A stretch of 43,237 bases of DNA from Candidatus Parcubacteria bacterium (GCA_023132875.1 JAGLXN010000032.1:1-43237), one strand, 5' to 3'. Counted from the first letter of the stretch, positions 28,160 to 37,583 are shown. The notes: generated from the letters alone by a model not told the origin. A program made the numbers and translations.

Positions 28160-29452
28160 TCATCTGCCCACACTCAAATAATTAAACCCCAATTTTTTCA
28201 TTTTGTTCAAGTCATAGATATTTCTTCCATCAATAATATTAGGTTTTTGCAGAAGATTCTTTATTCTTTTTAAATTCGCGTTTTTAAATTCGTCCCATTC
28301 AGTGGCTATTATTAAAGCTTGGCAATTTTTAAGCGCGTCATATTTATTTGAATAAAAATTTACAGTCTTAAATTTATTATCTCGCCGAAGTTTTTCATAA
28401 TCAACCTTTGGATCATAAGCGTTTATTTTTCCTCCTTTTTTTTCAAGCAAATCAATAATATCAATTGCTGCTGATTCTCTCGTATCATCTGTATTTGGCT
28501 TAAAAGAAATCCCCCAAACGCATATTTTTTTATTTTTTAAATTGCTTAGCAATTTCTCCGTTTTTTCCGCCAATAGCAGCCTTTGATCATTATTAACTCT
28601 GACAACAGCCTTTAAAAGCTTAAATTTATAATTATTATTCAAAGCGATATTATGAAGAGCTCGGACATCTTTCGGAAAACAGCTCCCTCCATATCCGATA
28701 CCCGCGTCTAAAAATTTATTTCCTATTCTGGAATCTAATCCCATAGCATAAGCGACTTCATTAACATTCGCCCCGACCCTTTCACACACATTCGCAATTT
28801 CATTAATAAAAGATATTTTTGTCGCTAAAAACGCATTACTTGCGTACTTTATCATTTCTGCAGTTTCAATTTTCGTATTTACAATAGGACAAGAAAATGG
28901 CTCATAAAGATTTTTTATTATATCTTTTGACCCCGCGGAATCTATTCCAACAATAATTCTTTCCGGATTCATAAAATCAAATACCGCGCTTCCTTCTCTT
29001 AAAAATTCTGGATTTGAAGCTATGTTAAAATCTCCCTTATATTCTTTCTTTATTATATTTCTAACTAAACATCCGGTTCCGATCGGAACAGTGCTTTTAT
29101 TGATTATGACGGTATATCCTTTAAGATTTTTACCGATTTCCTTCGCGGCTTTCTTAACATACGACAGATCAGCTTCTCCGTTTTTTTTCTGAGGAGTGCC
29201 AACCGCTATAAATATTGCTTTTTTATTCAGAACCGCTTCTTCCGGATTTAGCGTAAAAAAGATTCTTTTCTTTTTTATATTTTTATTGATCAAATCTTCC
29301 AATTTAGGCTCAAAAAAAGGAATTCTGCCTTCTTTTAATTTTTCTATTTTTTTCTCATCTATATCATAACAAACAACATTATTTCCAAGCTCAGCAAAAC
29401 AAGCTCCTGTTACAAGCCCTACATATCCTGTGCCAAAAATTGAGATTTCCAT
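28160..29452 (-). CDS. ugd: UDP-glucose 6-dehydrogenase
   Basis: GTGYVG, KSTVP, NPEFLREG, KYASN, GYGGSCFPKD, FKPNTDD.RES. Confidence 0.93.
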   Translation of the reverse strand: MEISIFGTGYVGLVTGACFAELGNNVVCYDIDEKKIEKLKEGRIPFFEPKLEDLINKNIKKKRIFFTLNPEEAVLNKKAIFIAVGTPQKKNGEADLSYVKKAAKEIGKNLKGYTVIINKSTVPIGTGCLVRNIIKKEYKGDFNIASNPEFLREGSAVFDFMNPERIIVGIDSAGSKDIIKNLYEPFSCPIVNTKIETAEMIKYASNAFLATKISFINEIANVCERVGANVNEVAYAMGLDSRIGNKFLDAGIGYGGSCFPKDVRALHNIALNNNYKFKLLKAVVRVNNDQRLLLAEKTEKLLSNLKNKKICVWGISFKPNTDDTRESAAIDIIDLLEKKGGKINAYDPKVDYEKLRRDNKFKTVNFYSNKYDALKNCQALIIATEWDEFKNANLKRIKNLLQKPNIIDGRNIYDLNKMKKLGFNYLSVGR

Positions 29453-29456
29453 AGTA

Positions 29457-29522
29457 TTGGAATTATGAATTATGAATTATGAATTAAGTATAAAAATATT
29501 CCTGATTCCTGATTCATAATTC
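29457..29522. repeat. inverted heptamer array pair (TGAATTA)n ... (TTCCTGA)2TTCATAA
   Basis: Read directly; fills the intergenic gap. Confidence 0.8.
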
Positions 29523-29530
29523 TATCATTA

Positions 29531-30868
29531 TTATCCAAAATACGGCAGATTTTCTATTTTCTTAATTTCTGAATAATATATCAGCAATCCCTGTGAAATT
29601 AATATAAAAATAACCGCCCAGAGATAAATCAGTTTTTTATCAGTTATATTATTTCTTTTAATAAATATATTAGCGAATTCATAAATACCGATTCCAGATA
29701 TTATCTGAAAAGCAATTAGAACTGGAACAATATATCTAAAAGAATAAGTTTTGCTAAACAAAATCACAAAAGCGAAGAATGAAAAGAAATAAATCGCTAA
29801 AATTAAAGCTTCGCTGCTTACATTCATTTTATTACTTATTCTTCTTATAATCAATAGCAAAAACCCAACAAAAATTATTATTACAAAAAGATTAAACGAC
29901 AGGACAAACGAATCAGACAAATACGCAAGCGCTACATTGGAACCGAAAAGAACGCTATGATTCTCAGTTATAATTCTTTGGGAGCTTTCTTTCGTTATCA
30001 AATTTAATACAGATCGCGGATTTGATATTATAGCGGGTAAAAAAATAACGCTTGTTGAGAAAAAAACAATGATCCAAGACGCGTAATCTTTGATTATGTT
30101 TTTTATATCACTGTAGAGACGCAATATTGCTGCGTCTCTACGAAAATATGACGCAAAACTTAACTTATAAAACATTAAAACAAATAAGCCAAAGGGGATA
30201 AGAAATAAAGCTGACATTTTTGTAAGCGCGGCCCATGAGCCAAGCACCGCTGAAAAAACAAGAAACTTTCTGCCTCCTTTACCGCTTGAATAAACCAATA
30301 AGCTTAAAAGACTTAGAATGGAAAAAATACCGACAAATTTATCGGTTGGAGTTGTAAAATATATATAGTATGGAGTAGTTACTATTAAAAGCACGGAAAA
30401 AATTACAGCCCATCTGCTAAATGCCAGTTTCCGCAATAAATAAAATAAAGAAAAAATAAAGAAAAAAATTGTTGTTAATATCGGAATATTAAACAAAAAA
30501 CTCATTTCCTTATAATTACCAAATAATTCTTGATTTCTTTCATTTATAACATTATAGCCAACACCAGATTCATTGAGATTTTTTATAAAGCTAACAATAG
30601 AATTAAAATCATAATTTAAAATCTCCATAAAGGGTCCTGCTGCCCACATTACCATAATTCCCGGATGCGGCGACTGTATTAAATTAGAAAAATCAAAACT
30701 TAAAATACTATCCATAAAAAATCTTGAACGAAACATCCACAAAAGTTCGTCAAGATTTATAAAGGTCATGGAATGTTTTATTTTAAAAAAAGATAAAAAA
30801 ACAATCCCGACAAAAACAATTACAAACACAACGAGAAAATCTTTTATGTTTTCTTTATTTTTTTTCAT
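29531..30868 (-). CDS. GT-C (PMT-like) membrane glycosyltransferase
   Basis: LDELLW, HPG, DK, LTK, RY; paralog of 32750-34093; start likely ATG 30868. Confidence 0.75.
   Translation of the reverse strand: MKKNKENIKDFLVVFVIVFVGIVFLSFFKIKHSMTFINLDELLWMFRSRFFMDSILSFDFSNLIQSPHPGIMVMWAAGPFMEILNYDFNSIVSFIKNLNESGVGYNVINERNQELFGNYKEMSFLFNIPILTTIFFFIFSLFYLLRKLAFSRWAVIFSVLLIVTTPYYIYFTTPTDKFVGIFSILSLLSLLVYSSGKGGRKFLVFSAVLGSWAALTKMSALFLIPFGLFVLMFYKLSFASYFRRDAAILRLYSDIKNIIKDYASWIIVFFSTSVIFLPAIISNPRSVLNLITKESSQRIITENHSVLFGSNVALAYLSDSFVLSFNLFVIIIFVGFLLLIIRRISNKMNVSSEALILAIYFFSFFAFVILFSKTYSFRYIVPVLIAFQIISGIGIYEFANIFIKRNNITDKKLIYLWAVIFILISQGLLIYYSEIKKIENLPYFG
30113..30141. repeat. GTAG-type REP palindrome in-frame within the GT-C gene
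   Basis: GTAGAGACGCA-ATATTGC-TGCGTCTCTAC. Confidence 0.85.
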
Positions 30869-31016
30869 TTTATTGGTTGTTGTTGAAATAGTTAACAAAA
30901 ATTAAGTCTAAAGATACATATCTGCCTACCGGACAGGCAGGCATAAAAAAGAATGATATAGCTAGCTCCCCTCCTTAAAAGGGAGAAGATTTTAGCGAAA
31001 ATCACCACATAACAAA

Positions 31017-32615
31017 TTACTCTAAAACCCAAATCCGCCCTTCTTCGTTTTCATACGATTTTTCAAACCTTTGATCTGATTCCAAAACAAATATTAATTT
31101 GCCATAATCGGTCCCGCTATTTTTGGGCACATAAACATAACTTGCTTTAAATTCTTTTTTGATTATATTATAAACAGAATATCTGCCTTCTTTTGTACAT
31201 TTTTCTTTATTACAGATGATTCCTTCGCTTATATGACTATAAAGCCAATATTTTTCAGGAGATAGTTTATAGAGAAATTTTGGATCAAGACCCATAATAT
31301 AATAATTGTGAGTATTATAAAAAAACAATTTTGAAAAATCTCCCCAATTAACATTAAAAACTACAGATTCTTTGGGAGTATTTTTTTCAAGCCACTGGGA
31401 AATTTCCTGAATGCCCCTGCTAGAACCACTTTCTCCCATTCTACCAAAAACAAATTCTGCTTTTAAGAAAAATGATATTCCTAAAATTATAATTAAAAAA
31501 ATAATGCATGCTGATTTTGACTTATACTTAACACCAGGTATCCGATTAGATACCCGATGCCTAATTAACAATGAATAATTTCTCAATAGAAACTCAAAAT
31601 AAAATGCGATAAAAATTACACAAAAGGGAATCCAGTAATCAATATATCTGCCCTGCAAAAACATTGCAACAAAAAAAACGCTAGAAACAATCAGTAAAAA
31701 ATTAATTACTATCGCATGTTCCGTTTTCTTTTTCTTGTTATTTTTATTACTAGCAATCTTTGAAATAAACATAACAAAATAAATAGCAACAAGCAATAAA
31801 AACAAAATTAAAATAATTGTAGCATCAAAAAAAACAAGACTTGCGCCGAGAGGCTGCCATTCGGATATACTCGAAGTAAGAGAATATGGCACTGATCCTA
31901 TATAATAAATATTAAAATAATTTAGATTATTTGGAAAAAACGGGTTAACAAAAAAAGCTAAAACTATGCCGAGCAAAGATGCCGAAATTGTCTTGTAGTA
32001 AATTTTCTTTTTATGTATATAATTCACAAAGACGAAGACGAAGACGAAAAAAATAGACAGCGGAAATGACGCATGACCCCACACAAATAAAAAAGAAACT
32101 GCAAAAAGCAATAAGTTATTTTTTTTAATAAGAGCGTAAAATACCAAAAGGAGAAATATCACAGCGAAACTAAGAGGTCTGGCAAGATTCATTCTAAAAA
32201 GAAAATATCCTGAACTTGAAAGCAGCAAAAAGCACCAAAATAAATTATATTTTAATCCCAGATTTTTTAATACTAAATAAAACATTGACATCATAGATGA
32301 AAAAAAGAACAATGAAGCAAGTTTCGCGCCAAAAACCAAATTTCCTAAAAAAGTAAAAGGGATGAGAAAAAAATAATACAAAAAATGAAGGCCAGTAAAA
32401 TTCCTATTCATCACAGTAGAATTAAGCCATGGAAATTCTTTTATTAATCCCTGATTTTTTGTTATCTCGGCCAGTTTTATGTATAAATGACTATCATTTC
32501 CCGCCAGATTTCCGCTTGAAAACTGTATTATAGAAAATAATAAAAAAATGACAAAAAAAACAAGAACTACATCTCTATTTCTATAAAACAAATTTAAAAT
32601 TCTTTTATTGTTCAT
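31017..32615 (-). CDS. GT-C membrane glycosyltransferase with STT3/AglB-like motifs
   Basis: GNDSHLY, SISEWQP, WLEKNTPKESVVFNVNWGDF; ~12 TMs plus C-terminal soluble domain; track extension to 32741 translates a repeat array. Confidence 0.65.
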   Translation of the reverse strand: MNNKRILNLFYRNRDVVLVFFVIFLLFSIIQFSSGNLAGNDSHLYIKLAEITKNQGLIKEFPWLNSTVMNRNFTGLHFLYYFFLIPFTFLGNLVFGAKLASLFFFSSMMSMFYLVLKNLGLKYNLFWCFLLLSSSGYFLFRMNLARPLSFAVIFLLLVFYALIKKNNLLLFAVSFLFVWGHASFPLSIFFVFVFVFVNYIHKKKIYYKTISASLLGIVLAFFVNPFFPNNLNYFNIYYIGSVPYSLTSSISEWQPLGASLVFFDATIILILFLLLVAIYFVMFISKIASNKNNKKKKTEHAIVINFLLIVSSVFFVAMFLQGRYIDYWIPFCVIFIAFYFEFLLRNYSLLIRHRVSNRIPGVKYKSKSACIIFLIIILGISFFLKAEFVFGRMGESGSSRGIQEISQWLEKNTPKESVVFNVNWGDFSKLFFYNTHNYYIMGLDPKFLYKLSPEKYWLYSHISEGIICNKEKCTKEGRYSVYNIIKKEFKASYVYVPKNSGTDYGKLIFVLESDQRFEKSYENEEGRIWVLE

Positions 32616-32652
32616 TGGCGATAAATTAATCCTGAGCGAAGCCGAATGGGAC

Positions 32653-32746
32653 AGTAATTTATAGTAATTTATAGTAACTCGTTGTAATTTATTGTAATAA
32701 CCAATTACAATGAGTGACAATAAGTTACCATTAGTTACCATAAATT
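32653..32746. repeat. inverted period-10 array pair
   Basis: AGTAATTTAT-like units followed by GTTACCATTA-like units; sibling at 40780-40900. Confidence 0.75.
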
Positions 32747-32749
32747 AAT

Positions 32750-34093
32750 CTAAAAAAACTTTAAAACACCGTCTTCAATTATTCTTTTTGATAATTGCCC
32801 GCTTGAGGTAATAAAAATAATCTGAGACAACACCACTACAATAAACACTAATGTATAAAGAATTTTCTTATCTTCATTGTCCAGTTTTATCTTTTCCGCA
32901 ATTAATTCAAAAATTCCATACAGTCCAACAGCGGAAATAATATTTAATACAACAAAAGCAGGTGACATAAATCTAATATCATGATTTTTACTTATCAGAG
33001 TAACCATGACAAAAAATAGAACTATATATAAACTTATAATATTAATGATTTTTTTAGGAAGCGAATCAAGCACATGCCTATATTCTTTTTTAAAATTAAT
33101 AATAAAATAGGCAAATAACGACATAGAAGATGCCTGTGCCATATATCCTATTATCACAAACGCAAAAGACTTTAAATAGTCAAATAAGACTCTATGTGCA
33201 TAATTACTGACTTCGTAGCTTTTTTCAATAACATGTTCCGATTTAAAAACTAAACTATAAACCTCTTGCGAATTTGTAATTATGGTCGGCAAAAATACTA
33301 TGCTTATAACAATAAAAATCAAAATCCATGATAAATAGTCTTTCAAGATAAGTTTTATCTTTTTTTTATCAATTGGCCATGCGTAAAAAACAAAAATCAA
33401 TAAATAAAAAGGTAAAATAAAAAACGCTGATAATTTAGAAAGTACAGCCCAAGCACCAAACACTGCGGATAAATATAAATATTTTTTGCTTCCAAGCTTG
33501 TTTATATATATAAGAATTGTCAAAAAACTCAGAGTCATAAAAATATTTAGCATTTTGTCGCTTGGAGTATTCCAATAAGCAAGAAATACGTTTGTTGTCA
33601 AAAATAAAAGAGCGAAACTTGATATTACTTTATTAAACCCCAATTTTCTTATTAGATAATAAAATGCTATAAAAAAAGCCACTGTTAACAATATTAACGG
33701 TGCATTAAAAGCAAAACTTATCGTTTCATATGCCATATAAACGGCTTGATTATTATCATTAATCGCGTGATTAAAATCAAGGCCTTGGGCTTCTTTCTCG
33801 GCAATTCTCCTCATAACATCATTAAAATCAAAATCTATAAACTTCATCATAAAACCGGTAAACCAATATACCATTATCCCCGGTTGGGCTGATTGAATGA
33901 GTCCTGAAAAATCAAAATTTACAATCTTGTCCCAAAAAATACTTGCTCTATAATGCCAAAGCATTTCATCAAGACTGGGGAAAGTAAAGAAATTATTTAA
34001 TTTCATAATAGCAGTCACGACAAATCCAGAAAATATAATTACCATAACACTAATAAATTCTTCAAGTTTTCGATAATTTGATTTAAAATCCAT
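32750..34093 (-). CDS. GT-C (PMT-like) membrane glycosyltransferase
   Basis: LDEMLW, FDFSGLIQSAQPGIMV, DK, LSK, RF; paralog of 29531. Confidence 0.75.
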   Translation of the reverse strand: MDFKSNYRKLEEFISVMVIIFSGFVVTAIMKLNNFFTFPSLDEMLWHYRASIFWDKIVNFDFSGLIQSAQPGIMVYWFTGFMMKFIDFDFNDVMRRIAEKEAQGLDFNHAINDNNQAVYMAYETISFAFNAPLILLTVAFFIAFYYLIRKLGFNKVISSFALLFLTTNVFLAYWNTPSDKMLNIFMTLSFLTILIYINKLGSKKYLYLSAVFGAWAVLSKLSAFFILPFYLLIFVFYAWPIDKKKIKLILKDYLSWILIFIVISIVFLPTIITNSQEVYSLVFKSEHVIEKSYEVSNYAHRVLFDYLKSFAFVIIGYMAQASSMSLFAYFIINFKKEYRHVLDSLPKKIINIISLYIVLFFVMVTLISKNHDIRFMSPAFVVLNIISAVGLYGIFELIAEKIKLDNEDKKILYTLVFIVVVLSQIIFITSSGQLSKRIIEDGVLKFF

Positions 34094-34188
34094 ACTAACA
34101 TATTAACATTTTAACATACTAATATTTTAACACATTTAGACATCTGAAGTGTTTGTTAAAATGTTAATATGTTAGTATGTTAAAATGA
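34091..34188. repeat. inverted period-8 array pair between the GT-C start and the tRNA-Leu 3' end
   Basis: CATACTAA CATATTAA CATTTTAA ... TGTTAAAA TGTTAATA TGTTAGTA TGTTAAAA TGA. Confidence 0.85.
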
Positions 34189-34193
34189 CTCTG

Positions 34194-34273
34194 TGCAGGC
34201 GGTGGGAGTCGAACCCACACTCCGAAGAACACGGTCCTAAGCCGTGCGCGTATGCCAATTCCGCCACGCCTGC
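34194..34273 (-). tRNA. tRNA-Leu(TAG)
   Basis: GCAGGCG/CGCCTGC acceptor, CACGG-CTTAGGA-CCGTG anticodon arm, variable arm, TTCGACT T-loop. Confidence 0.95.
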
Positions 34274-34581
34274 GTATTACGAATTAAGAATTATGAATAA
34301 ATTAGATGCTGATAATTCATGATTTATGATTCTTCTGTATATACTACAAAAGTATAAATCAACTATCACAAAAAATCAAGAGCACAACAAATCATTTTAA
34401 CATATAAACATATAAACATTTTAACATAATTTAGAAAAGTCTAAAAAACTAATAAATTTCTATTCTATAATCTATATTTTGCCTTAAATCCCGGATTCCT
34501 GCCAGAATTTATTTCAGTACTGAGATGACAAAAACTATGTTTTTTAGAGGTTCCTTAATACTAAATACAGTATACTGTATA

Positions 34582-35532
34582 CTATTTATTATTTTTTGAA
34601 TGAAACTTTTTGTGAATATCTTTCAGATGACGATTTGTTATGTGAGTATATATCTGGGTTGTTGTTATGCTTGAATGCCCAAGCATTGATTGAACAGAAC
34701 GAATATCGGCTCCATTCATCAGCAAGTCCGTAGCAAAACTGTGGCGCAGAGTATGCGGAGTTACTTTTTTTATAATTCCGGCTTTTATGGCATATTTTTT
34801 GACAATTCTTTGAATGCTTCTGGGAGTTAGCCGCAGAGAGCAAACATTTTTGCTACTTTTGGTTTTTTCATTATTATTGACTTTAGCTGGTTTTTTTATA
34901 TTAACAAACAAAGCCGAGTCAATATCTTTTCTTTTTTTGATATAATTTATTATAGCATTTTTTGCTGAATCAGAAATAAAAACAAGGCGTATTTTCCCTC
35001 CTTTTCCCCGAATTGAAAATTCACCGCTTTTAAGATTGATACTGTCCCTGTCAAGACCAGACAATTCTGAAACACGAAGTCCTGTTGAAAAAAGCAGTTC
35101 CAAAATCGCCCTGTCACGCAAATCAGAAATTTTATTTCCTTTTACCGCAAGAATCAATCTCCGCACTTCTTCTAATTCTAAAAACTCAACCTCTCTTTCT
35201 TCGCTCTTGCCAAGCTCTACTTTCTCGCTTGCTAATGTTTTAATGTCTTGCTTCGCCAAATATTTCAAAAACCCCCGCAGAGCGATCACATAATAATCCT
35301 GCGTTGCTTTTTTTAAATTTCTGCCTTTATCATCCTTATACCTATTAAGATATAATCTAAATTTTCTCACTAAATCGCTTGTTATATCTTCCGGATCTCT
35401 TACCATCGCCCAATCCAAAAACCGATCCAGATAATGATCATAATTTCTAATTGTAAGCTGAGATCTGTTCTTTTCAATTTCCAGATACTCAAGAAATTCA
35501 GATTTCAGATTTTTTATTTCATCTATTGACAT
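34582..35532 (-). CDS. XerC/XerD-like tyrosine recombinase
   Basis: SAM-like N-domain; TGLRVSEL, GKGGK.R, HTLRHSFAT, LGHS, TTQIY. Confidence 0.92.
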   Translation of the reverse strand: MSIDEIKNLKSEFLEYLEIEKNRSQLTIRNYDHYLDRFLDWAMVRDPEDITSDLVRKFRLYLNRYKDDKGRNLKKATQDYYVIALRGFLKYLAKQDIKTLASEKVELGKSEEREVEFLELEEVRRLILAVKGNKISDLRDRAILELLFSTGLRVSELSGLDRDSINLKSGEFSIRGKGGKIRLVFISDSAKNAIINYIKKRKDIDSALFVNIKKPAKVNNNEKTKSSKNVCSLRLTPRSIQRIVKKYAIKAGIIKKVTPHTLRHSFATDLLMNGADIRSVQSMLGHSSITTTQIYTHITNRHLKDIHKKFHSKNNK

Positions 35533-35974
35533 ATTTTAGTTATTAGGTTAGTATTTTATTGCCGTTCTATTCATCCCCTCAGTGCTCAATACAAGCGCTA
35601 GAACGGTCTTGAGAGTCTCCTTCTACTTAAAATTAGGCATAGAAGCATAGACTCTCTCGTATTCATCTTTTCAAGTATTTAAGCCTTGTTTTAAGGTTTT
35701 TTATTTTGACAACTTTAACAATAGAGCAATGAGACAATAGAACAATATAATCTCATTTTACGACATAAAGCAAAACTTGTCTATTTGACTTTTTTGTGCT
35801 ATTATATCTTAAAGAATTCTTGAAAAATAACAACTTTGTCATTTCCATAAATGTTAGATGATTCAATAACAGAATAATTAAAAATTTAGTCATTAGGATT
35901 TATTTATAAAATTACAAAATTTAAAAATTAAAAATTTTCTATACAGCAATATAATTAACATAATAACCAAAAAG

Positions 35975-36295
35975 ATGATAAAAAAAGATAAAAAAAGCAA
36001 GATAATGAAAACTTATGGAGCGCATAAAGAAGATACCGGATCTTCAGAGGTGCAGATCGCGATCCTTACAGAGAGAATAAAAGAGCTCACGGAACATTTA
36101 AAAACAAATAAAAAAGATAATCATTCAAGAAGAGGACTTTTACAAATGGTAGCTAAAAGGAAGAAACTCCTAAAAGACATTCAAGACCGCGATGAAGAAA
36201 GATTTGCTAAAATTGTAAAATCATTAAAATTAAAAGCGGCTAAAAGCTTATCAGTTAAAGACAAAGAAAATGATAAAGAAGACAAAAAAAAGTAG
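35975..36295 (+). CDS. rpsO: 30S ribosomal protein S15 with charged C-terminal tail
   Basis: DTGSSEVQIAILT, HL..NKKDNHSRRGLL. Confidence 0.95.
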   Translation: MIKKDKKSKIMKTYGAHKEDTGSSEVQIAILTERIKELTEHLKTNKKDNHSRRGLLQMVAKRKKLLKDIQDRDEERFAKIVKSLKLKAAKSLSVKDKENDKEDKKK

Positions 36296-36821
36296 CAGTG
36301 AGCTTTCGTTTGAACGCAAAAGCCTCAAGCACAAAGATCAAAGAATTGGCGTTTTTGTTGATGCCCAAAATATGTATCATAGCGCCAGAAATCTCTATAA
36401 AGCAAGAGTAAATTTTAAAGAAGTACTGAGCGTTGCCGTATCTGGAAGAATTTTAATAAGGGCAATAACTTATGTAATAAGAACCGAAAGCGGGGAAGAA
36501 AAATCATTTTTTGAAGCAATGGAAAAACTTGGATTTGAAATCAAAGAAAAGGATCTTCAAATATTCGCCGGCGGGCAAAAAAAAGCGGATTGGGATGTGG
36601 GACTTGCCGTTGACGCGATAAAACTGGCAGATAAGCTTGATGTAGTCGTTATCGTATCAGGAGACGGAGACTATGAACCTTTAGTTGAATATTTAAAAAT
36701 AAACAAAGGATGCCGGGTAGAAACTGTCGCTTTTGGAGAAAGCGCTTCAGCTAAACTCATAGAAGTAGCCGACGAATTTACGGATTTAAGCAAGGATAAA
36801 AAAAGGTTTTTGATAAAATAA
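36270..36821 (+). CDS. NYN domain (LabA/DUF88) protein
   Basis: FVDAQN, KADWDVGLAVD, SGDGDY. Confidence 0.9.
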   Translation: MIKKTKKSSSELSFERKSLKHKDQRIGVFVDAQNMYHSARNLYKARVNFKEVLSVAVSGRILIRAITYVIRTESGEEKSFFEAMEKLGFEIKEKDLQIFAGGQKKADWDVGLAVDAIKLADKLDVVVIVSGDGDYEPLVEYLKINKGCRVETVAFGESASAKLIEVADEFTDLSKDKKRFLIK

Positions 36822-36825
36822 ATAT

Positions 36826-36906
36826 CATACTAATATATCAACATTTTAACATACTAACATTCTTAAATACTTGTTAAAATGTTAGTATGTTAGTATGTTA
36901 AAATGA
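36826..36906. repeat. inverted period-8 array pair
   Basis: CATACTAA...CATTTTAA CATACTAA / TGTTAAAA TGTTAGTA TGTTAGTA TGTTAAAA TGA. Confidence 0.8.
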
Positions 36907-37079
36907 ATAATATGTTCAAAAAATTAAAAGAAAAAATAAATATCAAAAAGAAAATGATGAAAAAGGCGGCTTTTTTGGCTATTATTACTTATATTTATGA
37001 TAAAGTCGCGAATAGGAAGAAACTAGGAAAAAAGAAGTATATCGAAGATGTGGAGTATGAGGTGAAAGATAAGAAATAG
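36903..37079 (+). CDS. small basic protein (58 aa, ...IEDVEYEVKDKK)
   Basis: Hand-translated; short hydrophobic patch and acidic tail. Confidence 0.5.
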   Translation: MNNMFKKLKEKINIKKKMMKKAAFLAIITYIYDKVANRKKLGKKKYIEDVEYEVKDKK

Positions 37080-37140
37080 CTTTTTAGGTTGTAGCCCTGC
37101 CTGCCGGCAGGCAGGTTTTTAGCTTCTTAGAACTTTTTTC

Positions 37141-37169
37141 GTTGGTTCAGGTCTCCTGACCTGAACCAG
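37141..37169. repeat. REP-like palindrome, copy 3
   Basis: GTTGGTTCAGGTCTCCTGACCTGAACCAG. Confidence 0.75.
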
Positions 37170-37298
37170 ATATTTCTTAAAGCCGAATTAAAAAACTTGT
37201 ATTGCTGTTTATAGATTAGATGAAAAAAAAGAAAAAGCTTGAGTTAGAGGATTGAATCAACATTAGAGGATTGCGATGGAAAATAAAATAATTTGAAT

Positions 37299-37583
37299 AT
37301 GGAACTTAATAAAATCAAAATTATCAAATCTGATGAAAGGGGTATTATTTACGATTGTGGAAATTCTAGTTTCATTACAAGAAAGAAGGGAACCATTAGT
37401 GCAGACCACGCCCATGAAGATCCAGAAATTATTTATTTAGTTAAAGGAGAAATAGAATTAACTATTGGTGATGAAATTAAAATAGTTAAAGCGCCAATGA
37501 TGTTCAAAATTAATTCTAATGTTTATCATAAAGTAGTTTCTTTAACTGATATAGATTTTGTAATTGATAGAAACGGAGAGTAA
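37299..37583 (+). CDS. cupin-domain protein
   Basis: HAHEDPE...KG...YH cupin motifs; DERG. Confidence 0.8.
   Translation: MELNKIKIIKSDERGIIYDCGNSSFITRKKGTISADHAHEDPEIIYLVKGEIELTIGDEIKIVKAPMMFKINSNVYHKVVSLTDIDFVIDRNGE

Noticed and set aside
32616-32741. N-terminal extension of the 574-aa ORF
   Set aside because: It is a translation of the period-10 array; ATG 32615 is the more plausible start
34565-34580. 16-bp perfect palindrome as a dif or operator site
   Set aside because: It is embedded in a period-7 array (TAAATAC AGTATAC TGTATAC) and lacks dif 11-6-11 structure
34194-35532. Prophage or integrative island at tRNA-Leu driven by the tyrosine recombinase
   Set aside because: The protein looks like housekeeping XerC/D; I found no duplicated tRNA-Leu 3' end and no phage genes
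34582-35532. Integron integrase
   Set aside because: No recognisable IntI-specific insertion motif and no adjacent attC-type cassettes
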